In this document: one piece after another, positions 9,431 to 18,879 of the stretch | How positions within the stretch are numbered: position 1 is the first letter of the stretch | How the letters are laid out: each line of letters begins with the position of its first letter | From: Candidatus Cloacimonadales bacterium | GTDB taxonomy: Bacteria; Cloacimonadota; Cloacimonadia; Cloacimonadales; DAONDQ01 | Direction: 5' to 3' | Length of the DNA: 64,000 nt | Assembly (NCBI GenBank): GCA_963662275.1 | Contig: OY759316.1 | Coordinates: 992,001 to 1,056,000, forward strand | Translations under genes and position numbers: made by a program | The notes under the pieces: generated by a model | The model's database searches: none | What the model was told of the DNA's origin: nothing | The model's input: only the letters and a program-made list of their open reading frames with translations

Positions 9431-10348
9431 ATGAGAAAACTACAATGCCTATTATTAAGCTTGATACTGCTGTTTCTTTTACTAATCCAATCTGGTTGCC
9501 AAAAGAATAATTCCAAACTGGTTATCGGATATATCAAACCCTCTATCAATCATATGCCATTGAGTTTTATACTCCAGCAAAATCAGCAAATAAGTGGCAA
9601 TTATGAAATGATTAGTTTCACATCAGGCTGGGAAGTACAGGAAGCAATTGCAGCAGGAAAACTCGATCTTGCCATCATGCCTTTTACATATGCTTGGACA
9701 CTTCGTTCCAAAGGCTATAAAGTAAAAACGATGGCTTGTCTTGAGCGGGAAACGGATGGTATTGTTGTAAAAGATAATATTAAGGCTGCAAATGATTTGA
9801 ATCATGCTAAAATTGGTGTTTTGAGAGCTTCATCTCTGGAAGCACTCCTTGATGATTATGCTGCTAGAAATGCTATCAAGTTTACTCCCATTTATTTTCG
9901 AACTCCTAATGAACTTACAGAGGCTTTATCTAAAGGAGCAGTGGATGCAATTGTCAGTTATGTTCCCATCATTGAGCGGATGCCATCTAATTTGCACGTG
10001 TTGCATTGGTTTTCTGATGACTATCCAGGTCACCCCTGCTGTAACTTGGTGGTAACTGAAAGGGCTTTAGAGACAAAATCAAAACAAATTTACAGGCTTA
10101 TGGCATTATTACAGGAAGGAATTGATACTTTTAATTCCAAATCGAATGATGTTATTGATTACATCGCCAACTATTTTAACCTGACACCTGTTCAGGCAGG
10201 AAAAGCCATGCAGCATGTGAAATTTAAGTTAAAAGTATCTGCTGAAGATATTGCCTGGGAACGTAATATGATGCAGAACTTTATTTGTAAGGGCTATCTG
10301 GAAAATCTATCAACAGATAGCGATATGTATTATATATCAAAAGATTAA
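9431..10348 (+). CDS. ABC transporter substrate-binding lipoprotein (NitT/TauT/SsuA-like)
   Basis: Lipobox QSGC; GKLDLA, KIGV, GAVDA, HPCC motifs. Confidence 0.85.
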   Translation: MRKLQCLLLSLILLFLLLIQSGCQKNNSKLVIGYIKPSINHMPLSFILQQNQQISGNYEMISFTSGWEVQEAIAAGKLDLAIMPFTYAWTLRSKGYKVKTMACLERETDGIVVKDNIKAANDLNHAKIGVLRASSLEALLDDYAARNAIKFTPIYFRTPNELTEALSKGAVDAIVSYVPIIERMPSNLHVLHWFSDDYPGHPCCNLVVTERALETKSKQIYRLMALLQEGIDTFNSKSNDVIDYIANYFNLTPVQAGKAMQHVKFKLKVSAEDIAWERNMMQNFICKGYLENLSTDSDMYYISKD

Positions 10349-10353
10349 GTCTG

Positions 10354-10959
10354 ATGCTGGAAATACATTTACTGCTGAAAGATTCCTTATATACAATAAG
10401 CAGGATTGTCATCGCCTCTCTCTTTGCATGGTTAATTGCTATCATGATTGGAATCCTGCTATCAAAAAGTAGAATACTATATAAAATCTTCCTGCCCTTC
10501 TTAAACTTCTTTCGGCAGATTTCGCCTTTTGCCTGGCTGCCTTTTGCCATTATCCTATTTGGTTTGGGTGAAATACCCATCCAATTTGTCCTCTTCACAG
10601 CTATGTTTTTCCCCTCTGTGCTAATGGTTTACGAAGTGATGCATCTCTTTCCCAAGGACATCCTGGAAGAAGCAAAGTGTTCAGGGGCGCATGGATTGAC
10701 TCTGATCCGCTACATAGAGTTACCCATGATCATGTCACAACTCATCAATGTTTATCGCATTTTATGGGCAGTTGGCTGGAGTACAGTAATTGCTGCAGAA
10801 ATGCTGGGAGTTTCCCAGGGATTGGGCTTCAGGTTGTTGGATTACAGATTCTTATTGGCATTCAAACCTATGGTTGCATATCTGGTCGTTATTGGATCAA
10901 TTGGAGTCTTGAGTGATATTGGTATTAAAAAAGTGCAGAAGATATTTAGTATCAACTAG
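10354..10959 (+). CDS. ABC transporter permease (NitT/TauT/SsuC-like)
   Basis: SPFAWLP, EEAKCSGA (EAA loop), IAAEMLG..GLG. Confidence 0.9.
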   Translation: MLEIHLLLKDSLYTISRIVIASLFAWLIAIMIGILLSKSRILYKIFLPFLNFFRQISPFAWLPFAIILFGLGEIPIQFVLFTAMFFPSVLMVYEVMHLFPKDILEEAKCSGAHGLTLIRYIELPMIMSQLINVYRILWAVGWSTVIAAEMLGVSQGLGFRLLDYRFLLAFKPMVAYLVVIGSIGVLSDIGIKKVQKIFSIN

Positions 10960-11056
10960 TCGAATTCGAAATTACCACTCAGAAAATTCTTATCTGGACG
11001 CATAACCTGCTTTTTTCAAATTGATTTAGAGTCAGATATTTGACAAAAGGAGATCT

Positions 11057-11812
11057 ATGAAGTCAGCTCTTTGTGTTTTTCCCATTCAAGGTGATATTCA
11101 CACTTCTGTTAGCAAAATGAAGGATTACATTCTAGAAGCTGCAAATCAAAATTGTGATCTAATTGTATTTCCTGAAGCCTGTTTAACCGGAATTGATTTA
11201 TCGAGTAATTATGAGAAGGATTCAAAGCTAGGATTGAATATTGATGCCGATGAAATTATGTCTATACGCCAAATGGCTAAAGATTCCGAAATCTATATAG
11301 CATTCGGATGGTTAGAGATTGAACAACAGAAATTATATGATAGTGCTTTACTTATAAATGATGAAGGCGAAATATTAATACATCATAGAAGAATGAGTCG
11401 TGGATGGATCGATTTTAATGCAAATTCGAAATTATATTGCTGCGGTGTTGATATAGAGTTATGCCAGACTAAATTCGGGAAAATCTCCTTTCTTATTTGC
11501 GGTGATCTCTTTACCGAAGGGATCTCTGAAAAAACCATAGCAGCGAAACCCGATATTGTCATTTATATCATGGCAAGAAGCTTTGCCAACAATGCTGATA
11601 TACAAAAGCAATGGGACACGATTGAATTACCGCATTATCGTGATAAATGGAAGGGACTCGATGGAACTGTCCTGATTACAAATTTATTAGAAATTATGGA
11701 CTTGGATTGTGTTGATATTTACTGTGGTGGAGCATATGTACTGGATGGACATGGGCACATATTAGCATCTAAACCTTTATTGGAAGCAGGTTTGTTAATT
11801 TATCCAATATAA
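11057..11812 (+). CDS. Carbon-nitrogen hydrolase (nitrilase superfamily)
   Basis: LIVFPE and FLICGD catalytic-region motifs. Confidence 0.85.
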   Translation: MKSALCVFPIQGDIHTSVSKMKDYILEAANQNCDLIVFPEACLTGIDLSSNYEKDSKLGLNIDADEIMSIRQMAKDSEIYIAFGWLEIEQQKLYDSALLINDEGEILIHHRRMSRGWIDFNANSKLYCCGVDIELCQTKFGKISFLICGDLFTEGISEKTIAAKPDIVIYIMARSFANNADIQKQWDTIELPHYRDKWKGLDGTVLITNLLEIMDLDCVDIYCGGAYVLDGHGHILASKPLLEAGLLIYPI

Positions 11813-11904
11813 AATGTCCATTCTCATGTTGATTTCCTTAAGCTAACTATTGACTTTCTTTTACAGCTATTCTATATTGAACACATGAATACCTATTAGG
11901 AGAT

Positions 11905-12366
11905 TTGATGAAACCTACAATTAAAAAGCTGGATGATATGACAGTCGTGGGACTGATTATCAAAACAACAATGAAAGATAACAAGATTCCTCAACTATGG
12001 GATGAGTTTTCCAAGTATATGGATAAAATTCCCCATGCTGTTGAAAAGAACGTGGCTTTAGGCATCTGCTTTTGGGTTGATATGGACGGTTTTACTGAGA
12101 AGGATGAATTTCAATATATGGCTGCTATACCCGTAACATCAACTGACCAAGTTCCAGCAGGATTGACTGTCAGAAAGATTCCTGCTGCAACTTATGCTGT
12201 TTTTACACATCAAGGTTCATTGGATAAATTGCAGGATACATATGGAAAGATATTTACCCAAGGTTTGAAAGGATATGAAATGGCAAATGTGGATGAAATC
12301 GAATGGTATGGACAGAAATTCAAGTATGCCAGCCTGATAGTGAGATGGAGATATACATACCTGTGA
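11905..12366 (+). CDS. GyrI-like small-molecule binding protein, probable 3' frameshift
   Basis: IPQLW, IPAATYAVFTHQG; the family-typical EIYIPV end is in another frame. Confidence 0.8.
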   Translation: MMKPTIKKLDDMTVVGLIIKTTMKDNKIPQLWDEFSKYMDKIPHAVEKNVALGICFWVDMDGFTEKDEFQYMAAIPVTSTDQVPAGLTVRKIPAATYAVFTHQGSLDKLQDTYGKIFTQGLKGYEMANVDEIEWYGQKFKYASLIVRWRYTYL

Positions 12367-12490
12367 AAGGAACTAGAGGCTAGAGACCCAGGGCTAGGGA
12401 AATTAAGAATTACAGAAGGGAAGAAGGAAGAAGGGAGAAGGAAGAAGGAAGAAGGAAGAATTGCTGTTCCCTATTACCTGTTACCTGTAT

Positions 12491-14155
12491 TCAATCCCAT
12501 TCTTTCAGCATTTTCATGGCATCTTCATCCGTTTGCGATTCCATGATCTGTTTCAGGAAGATGCCGTTGCTTGCTAACCTGGCGAGGTATCCAATCATTT
12601 TAATATGAATATTGGGATCTTCAGCAGGAGAAAGAAGCAGCATCATCAGCTTAGACGTACCGCCTGAAAAGGAATCTAAGATGCCTGTTTTGGCGATTCC
12701 CATAACCAGGATGGGATGGGGAATACCTTCGATGCGGCAATGAGGAAACCTGATCTCCTCGCTGAGGTATGTAGCACCTTGCTGTTCCCGTGCCATGACT
12801 TTTGCCCAGACCTTATCAATACTAAGCCCCTGCTGTATTTCACAGGCAGTTTGTACAAGTGATAGAATCGCTTCGTTTAACTCAATTACTTCATGCCAAA
12901 CTTGTATATTAGCTGAATGCAACGGATGTTTGATATCGAAAAAAGAAGTATTTATTTGAAATGGGAGAGTAGCCGTTGTTTTTCTTTCCAAGTCCTCTTC
13001 CGCTTGATTTCTCGTATCAAATACAATGACGGTCGCTCCGTTGCTTTCCTCAATAAGACGTTCCGAAATGCTCTTCTTTCCAAAAATGTGCTGTAATCGA
13101 TTCGTTATCCTCCCGGGAGTCCCAATCACGATCTGTCCTACTCGATATTCCTTGGAAAACTGGAGAAGGGTATCCACAATATCCTCGCCTTTATAAGTGA
13201 ACACAGTCGCTCCTAATTGACGTGCAAGTTTCAGCGTTTCAGAGAGAATATTCTGCGTCGTTGAATCAATAACATCTGGAGTCTCAGCAGGTGTTTGCAC
13301 ATAAACAGCATACCAGTTTCTATTTAGTCGACCAGCGAGTCGTGAAGCAAAACGCAGCAGCTTTTCCCGATTTGCTCCTCGTGAACTGAGACATACCATT
13401 ACTTGATCTGAGTTCGGGAGAGTATCACCATCCACTTGATCACGTCTCTTAAAATCTATTTGAGCGGCTAACTCACGTAGAGCTAATTCTCGTAATTGTT
13501 CAAGATTATTGATTTTGAAGAAGTTCATCAGGGCATAATTGATTCCTTCAGGCACATAGATTTTACCATCTTGGAGTCTTTGGATCAAATCTTCAATCGA
13601 AACATCCACGTTTACTATCTGGTCAGCTTCCACTAGAATTCTATCAGGGACTCGCTCCCTGACTTTAACACTTGTGGCTGAAACAACAGTATCATAAAGA
13701 CTTTCGATATGCTGAACATTCATAGTCGTGATAACGTGAATACCGGCAGCCAGAATTTCTTCCACATCCTGGTAACGCTTGGAATTCCGACTACCAGGAA
13801 CATTGGAATGGGCAAGTTCATCAACAAGAACAACTTCAGGTTTGTTGGCGAGGATTGCATCAACATCCATTTCGGTGATATTGATATCATGATATGTGAA
13901 AGAACGACGTTGTATTAGCGTTAATCCATTCAATAAAGCTTCAGTCTCGGTTCTTCCATGTGTTTCCACATATCCAACCATGACATTGACACCTTCATTA
14001 AGTAATCGTTTTGCTTCTAGCAGCATAGAATATGTTTTACCAACTCCTGCACAATAACCTAGGTATATTTTGAGCTTACCGCGTTGTGATTTTCGGATTA
14101 AGTGCAAAAAACTGTTTGCCCTTTGCTCACTCATGACAGTTCCACCTCTTATCAA
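12491..14155 (-). CDS. kdpD: KdpD N-terminal sensor + Usp + PTS EIIA-like fusion (no kinase domain)
   Basis: GKLKIYLGYCAGVGKT, VDELAH, KRYQDVEE; Usp region; C-terminal AREQQGATY..FPHCR..HIKMIGYLAR. Likely start ATG 14134. Confidence 0.85.
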   Translation of the reverse strand: MIRGGTVMSEQRANSFLHLIRKSQRGKLKIYLGYCAGVGKTYSMLLEAKRLLNEGVNVMVGYVETHGRTETEALLNGLTLIQRRSFTYHDINITEMDVDAILANKPEVVLVDELAHSNVPGSRNSKRYQDVEEILAAGIHVITTMNVQHIESLYDTVVSATSVKVRERVPDRILVEADQIVNVDVSIEDLIQRLQDGKIYVPEGINYALMNFFKINNLEQLRELALRELAAQIDFKRRDQVDGDTLPNSDQVMVCLSSRGANREKLLRFASRLAGRLNRNWYAVYVQTPAETPDVIDSTTQNILSETLKLARQLGATVFTYKGEDIVDTLLQFSKEYRVGQIVIGTPGRITNRLQHIFGKKSISERLIEESNGATVIVFDTRNQAEEDLERKTTATLPFQINTSFFDIKHPLHSANIQVWHEVIELNEAILSLVQTACEIQQGLSIDKVWAKVMAREQQGATYLSEEIRFPHCRIEGIPHPILVMGIAKTGILDSFSGGTSKLMMLLLSPAEDPNIHIKMIGYLARLASNGIFLKQIMESQTDEDAMKMLKEWD

Positions 14156-14734
14156 TTAGAATACGATTGATTGTTTATCATAAGGAATTTCTTTGTCCAA
14201 TAATTGATTCAATTTCAATACGTTTACTATCGATGATTCATTGAAGACATTTCTTTTTGTGGTCAGTAAGACAAGTTTGATAACGCTTTTCACATCAACT
14301 CCCCTGGTCTTGGCAACCCGTTCTGCCTGGTACAAAGCTCCCTCTATCGTGATATCTGGGTCAAGCCCGCTTCCTGAGTTCGTTACCATATCCAAAGGTA
14401 CTTGCTTTTCATTTGTTTGATCAAGGTTTGCTAATGATTTCTTGATTCGTTCTCTCAAGGCAGGATTGGTTGTTGCTAGATTGCTTCCGCCTGAACCAGA
14501 CGCATTGTAATCAACGGCAGAAGGTCGTGACCAAAAGTAACCAGGACTGGTGAATTGCTGCCCTATCAAGTGACTGCCTATAATAATACATGAAGAATTC
14601 TTGATCAATGAACCTTCTGCTTTAGCAGGTGCGATACTCTTGGCAATTATCCAAACGATACCGGGATAAAGAACGCAGCAGATAAGAAGAGTAAGAACTA
14701 TATTCTTACAGGAAGAAATAACATCATTCATCAT
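14156..14734 (-). CDS. kdpC: K+-transporting ATPase subunit C
   Basis: GSHLIGQQF, YFWSRPSA, SGGSN, SGSGLDPDI, VNVLKLN. Confidence 0.95.
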   Translation of the reverse strand: MMNDVISSCKNIVLTLLICCVLYPGIVWIIAKSIAPAKAEGSLIKNSSCIIIGSHLIGQQFTSPGYFWSRPSAVDYNASGSGGSNLATTNPALRERIKKSLANLDQTNEKQVPLDMVTNSGSGLDPDITIEGALYQAERVAKTRGVDVKSVIKLVLLTTKRNVFNESSIVNVLKLNQLLDKEIPYDKQSIVF

Positions 14735-14829
14735 ATTTTCCTTTGTTTCTGGAATTTAGAAGATATATTAAGTTAACATCAGCTTTTCAAACTCTCCGAC
14801 ACTATGCTTCGACTCCGCTCAGCAACCGC

Positions 14830-15028
14830 CACCTCTCTTTATCCAAAGAGAGGAATGGGTAACTCGCATACTGTCTGATTTCCCTCCCTTTAGATAAAGG
14901 GAGGAATGGGTAACGCGCATACTGTCTGATTTCCCTCCCTTTAGATAAAGGGAGGAATGGGTAACGCGCATACTGTCTGATTTCCCTCCCTTTGGATAAA
15001 GGGAGGGATTAAGGGAGAGTTTGATTCT
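14830..15028. repeat. 51-bp tandem repeat (about 3 copies) carrying CCCTCCCTTT-N4-AAAGGGAGG palindromes
   Basis: CTGTCTGAT recurs at 14871, 14922 and 14973; related palindromes occur near 2814, 37872 and 37951. Confidence 0.85.
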
Positions 15029-15096
15029 GCTATATGAACTTCCCTCATCTGTTGCGAAAATCTGATTTTTAGTGAAATTCATTACTTTATATTTCC

Positions 15097-17148
15097 TTAT
15101 ATCACTGTGCTTAACAGCATATCTATCAGTTTTATACCGATAAATGGTGCTATTACGCCACCTAATCCATAAATTGACAAGTTGCTTGTGAGAACTGAAT
15201 CAGCTCCCCGTGGACGATATTTGACCCCTTTAATAGCTAGGGGAATCAATATCGGAATAATGATGGCATTAAAGATCAAAGCAGACAAAATAGCACTTTC
15301 TGGCGAATGCAGGTGCATCAGGTTTAAAACTTTTAATGAAGGAATATTGATCATGAACATGGCAGGAATAATTGCGAAGTACTTTGCCAGGTCATTGGCA
15401 ATAGAGAATGTTGTGAGTGCACCGCGGGTCATCAGCAATTGTTTACCGATTTCTACAACCTCAAGCAACTTTGTAGGGTCACTATCGAGGTCAACCATGT
15501 TCGCAGCTTCCTTAGCTGCTTGAGTACCGGAATTCATGGCGACACCTATATCAGCCTGTGCAAGTGCCGGAGAGTCATTGGTACCATCACCCATCATAGC
15601 AATGATTCGACCTTGCTGTTGTTCATTGCGAATATAGGCTAGCTTGTCTTCCGGTTTTGCTTCCGCAATATAGCCATCAATCCCGGCTTCCCTTGCGATG
15701 GCTTCTGCTGTGAGCGGATTATCTCCTGTTACCATGATGACACGAATCCCCATTGCTTTCAGACGTTCAAAGCGCTTTCTGATACCTGGTTTCAAAATAT
15801 CAGAAAGAGCGATAATACCCAACACACGATCATTTTTAGCCACAGCGAGTGGAGTGCTGCCATTTTTTGCTACCAAACCTATCTTTTCCTGAAATGATTC
15901 AGGAATTACTCCACCTTGACTGCTAACAAACTGGATTATTGCATCTGGTGCCCCTTTCCTGTATTGAATTCCATTGGACTGGTCCAATCCACTGATGCGT
16001 GTTTGCGCAGAAAAATCAATGACCTTAGCTTCACTATCGTAGTTATCAATATCAATAGTCTGTCTACCAAGAGTGACAATGGATTTACCTTCAGGGGTTT
16101 GATCACTAAGTGATGCTAAAATTGATGTTTCAATTAATTCCTTATCAGTAACTCCTTCGAAAGGAATAAATGCACTTGCCTGGCGGTCACCGATCGTTAT
16201 AGTACCAGTTTTATCCAAAAGGAGTGTATCAACATCTCCTGCCAATTCAACAGCTTTACCGCTTTTGGAAAGGATATTAGCCCCAAGAGCTCTGTCCATA
16301 CCAGCTAAACCGATAGCAGCGAGTAATGCTCCAATCGTTGTGGGAATCAGGCAGACAAATAATGCCACCAAAGTAGGTATGGAAAGTTCAATACCAAAGA
16401 AGTGTCCAATCGGTAAGAGCGTTGCAACGACAATCAGGAATGCAAGTGTTAATCCAGCCAAGGTCACAGTTAAAGCTAGTTCATTTGGCGTTTTTTGTCT
16501 CACAGCCCCTTCCACCATGGCAATCATGCGATCAAGGAAAGAGTTGCCAGGTTGTGCCAGGATGCGTATCAATAATGTATCAGATAAAACTCTTGTACCT
16601 CCTGTTACCCCTGATCTGTCACCTCCGGCTTCACGGAGAACTGCCGCAGATTCACCAGTGATAGCTGATTCATCTACCATTGCAGCACCTTCAATGATCT
16701 CACCATCTGCCGGAATGATTTCACCTGCTAGTACCTGTATCACATCATCAAAGACAAGGTCACTGGACATGATCATTTCAGTCTTGCCATTTCTCACCAG
16801 TTTAGCAGGTGTACTCTGGCGTGTCTTCCTGAGTGTATTCGCCTGTGCTTTCCCTCTTTCTTCTGCCAGTGATTCAGCGAAGTTGGCAAATAGCACAGTG
16901 ATCCATAGAATCAGAGTTACAGAAAGATTATATGAAAAATTGTGAGTTCCTTGAATTAGATCATTGATTAACACAACAGTCGTTAGTAAAGCACCGATTT
17001 CAGTGACGAACATCACAGGATTCTTTGCCATCCTATGTGGATTTAACATTGTAAATGCACCTTTGATAGCACCTTTCACCAGTTTCGGATCAAATAGGGC
17101 AGCATGTCTTGACTGACGTCGTTGAAGCTTTGGGGATATACTGTTCAT
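15097..17148 (-). CDS. kdpB: K+-transporting ATPase subunit B
   Basis: TGES, LIPTTIG, DKTGT, TGDN, GDGTNDSPAL motifs. Confidence 0.98.
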   Translation of the reverse strand: MNSISPKLQRRQSRHAALFDPKLVKGAIKGAFTMLNPHRMAKNPVMFVTEIGALLTTVVLINDLIQGTHNFSYNLSVTLILWITVLFANFAESLAEERGKAQANTLRKTRQSTPAKLVRNGKTEMIMSSDLVFDDVIQVLAGEIIPADGEIIEGAAMVDESAITGESAAVLREAGGDRSGVTGGTRVLSDTLLIRILAQPGNSFLDRMIAMVEGAVRQKTPNELALTVTLAGLTLAFLIVVATLLPIGHFFGIELSIPTLVALFVCLIPTTIGALLAAIGLAGMDRALGANILSKSGKAVELAGDVDTLLLDKTGTITIGDRQASAFIPFEGVTDKELIETSILASLSDQTPEGKSIVTLGRQTIDIDNYDSEAKVIDFSAQTRISGLDQSNGIQYRKGAPDAIIQFVSSQGGVIPESFQEKIGLVAKNGSTPLAVAKNDRVLGIIALSDILKPGIRKRFERLKAMGIRVIMVTGDNPLTAEAIAREAGIDGYIAEAKPEDKLAYIRNEQQQGRIIAMMGDGTNDSPALAQADIGVAMNSGTQAAKEAANMVDLDSDPTKLLEVVEIGKQLLMTRGALTTFSIANDLAKYFAIIPAMFMINIPSLKVLNLMHLHSPESAILSALIFNAIIIPILIPLAIKGVKYRPRGADSVLTSNLSIYGLGGVIAPFIGIKLIDMLLSTVI

Positions 17149-18797
17149 GATTGCATCCCTCCTAAAGAGTCAGCAATTGGACCTAATACGGCCATCGGGA
17201 GGAAAAGCAGTGCTCCAATGAAAATGATACTTCCCAATAGTATAATTCCAAAGAGAAGCGTGTCTGTCCTGAATGTACCAATCGTTTCAGGGATAGCCTT
17301 TTTCCGGGCTAATGAACCTGCAATCATCAGAGGAAGGATGATAGGTATGAACCTTGAAAGCAGCATTACAATACCTGTTGCGATATTCCAGGGTGCTGTA
17401 CTATCTTTCAGTCCTTCAAACCCCGACCCATTATTTGCAGATGCAGAACTGAACTCGTAGAGTATCTCTGTGAAGCCATGCGCCCCTGGGTTATTGGTGC
17501 TGAGGTGTCCCCAATCCGTAACACAAAACAATGCCGTGCCACCGAGAATCATCAGAGGGTGAAGTAATAGTGCGAGGACTGCCAGTCGCATTTCTTTGGT
17601 TTCAACTTTACGCGTCAGGTATTCAGGACTTCTACCAACCATCATACCGCAGATGAAAACACCAATAATGATATAGATGATCATATTTATTAACCCTACA
17701 CCTATGCCTCCGAATATACTGTTTATCCACATCCCGATCAAGGCTATCAATCCGGTGAGGGGATTCATGCTATCATGCATACTGTTCACTGAACCATTGC
17801 TGGTTACGGTTGTTGAAACAGCCCAGGCTGCAGATGAACTGCCTCCAAAGCGTAATTCCTTGCCTTCAAGATTGGCTCTTTGAACTACATTGAGACCATG
17901 TATTGCTATAGCTGGTCGATGTTCCTGGGATATGCCAATTGAAATAAAGCAAAGGAAAAGGAAAAGCATGACACTGAAAAGAACTAATGCATGTTTCATT
18001 CTTTTAGTAATGAATCCAAAGACCCAGACACAAGCCATAGGTAGTAATATAATACTTAAGCACTCAACCCAGTTAGTCAGGAAGTTGGGATTTTCAAAAG
18101 GATGTGCTGCATTCGCTCCGAAGAAACCACCGCCATTTGTGCCCAATTGCTTGATCGCTTCAAACACTGCAATAGGACCACGTGCAATAACCTGTGGGAT
18201 TCCTTCCAGCGTTGTTGCATGAGCAGCACCATGGAAAGTCATTGGTACACCATTCAGCAAAAGGAAAATCGCTTCTATGAAAGCAAGAGGAAGTAAGACA
18301 TAAAGGACACTTCGTTTCAGATCCTGGTGGAAATTACCCATGGAAGATTGACCACCAAGTCCTCTTGAGATAGCACATAAAGCAGCTAATCCCGTTCCTG
18401 CAGAAACAAACTGAAACCACATCAGGACAAATACCTGGGAAAAGTAACTCATCGAAGTTTCACCTGAATAATGCTGTAGGTTTGTGTTTGAAACAAATGA
18501 GGCAGACGTATGAAATACGAGATCCAGGGAAATACGTCCAAGGTGATCTGGATTCAAGGGAAGAAATTGTTGTAAACTAAGCACTAACATACCAAAAACG
18601 AAAGCTATGGCATTGAATACAATGAGTGAAATTGAATAACTCTTCCAATCCTGTGGGGGAAACGGGATAACCGATGGTGCATTAACATTAACACTAAGTT
18701 TTGTTTTTAATTCCAGCACAAAGGTGATCCACTTACCCAGGGGATAGGATAGAACAGAGGCAGTGATAATCATCAGAAATGGTAATATCATAATCAT
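17145..18797 (-). CDS. kdpA: K+-transporting ATPase subunit A
   Basis: NTNLQHYSGE, KQLGTNGGG, SNGSVNSMHDS, ANNGSGF. Start placed at ATG 18797, just after kdpF. Confidence 0.97.
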   Translation of the reverse strand: MIMILPFLMIITASVLSYPLGKWITFVLELKTKLSVNVNAPSVIPFPPQDWKSYSISLIVFNAIAFVFGMLVLSLQQFLPLNPDHLGRISLDLVFHTSASFVSNTNLQHYSGETSMSYFSQVFVLMWFQFVSAGTGLAALCAISRGLGGQSSMGNFHQDLKRSVLYVLLPLAFIEAIFLLLNGVPMTFHGAAHATTLEGIPQVIARGPIAVFEAIKQLGTNGGGFFGANAAHPFENPNFLTNWVECLSIILLPMACVWVFGFITKRMKHALVLFSVMLFLFLCFISIGISQEHRPAIAIHGLNVVQRANLEGKELRFGGSSSAAWAVSTTVTSNGSVNSMHDSMNPLTGLIALIGMWINSIFGGIGVGLINMIIYIIIGVFICGMMVGRSPEYLTRKVETKEMRLAVLALLLHPLMILGGTALFCVTDWGHLSTNNPGAHGFTEILYEFSSASANNGSGFEGLKDSTAPWNIATGIVMLLSRFIPIILPLMIAGSLARKKAIPETIGTFRTDTLLFGIILLGSIIFIGALLFLPMAVLGPIADSLGGMQS

Positions 18798-18798
18798 T

Positions 18799-18879
18799 TT
18801 AGAACTTCTCCGGTTTAATGAGCACAAAGATAAGATATACAAAGCAGAACAATGTTATAACATATACGAGCCAATTCAT
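18799..18879 (-). CDS. kdpF: K+-transporting ATPase subunit F (26 aa, absent from ORF track)
   Basis: MNWLVYVITLFCFVYLIFVLIKPEKF*; YL...L..PEKF signature; GGAG RBS; overlaps the kinase stop (TAATG). Confidence 0.9.
   Translation of the reverse strand: MNWLVYVITLFCFVYLIFVLIKPEKF

Noticed and set aside
14819..15082. 87-aa ORF with a 17-aa repeat (also 21641-21931 and 37624-37842)
   Set aside because: Translations of non-coding tandem repeats.
16265..16945. Long antisense ORFs (also 38436-39149, 58935-59435, 62541-63149)
   Set aside because: Shadows of well-supported genes on the opposite strand, with no recognisable motifs.
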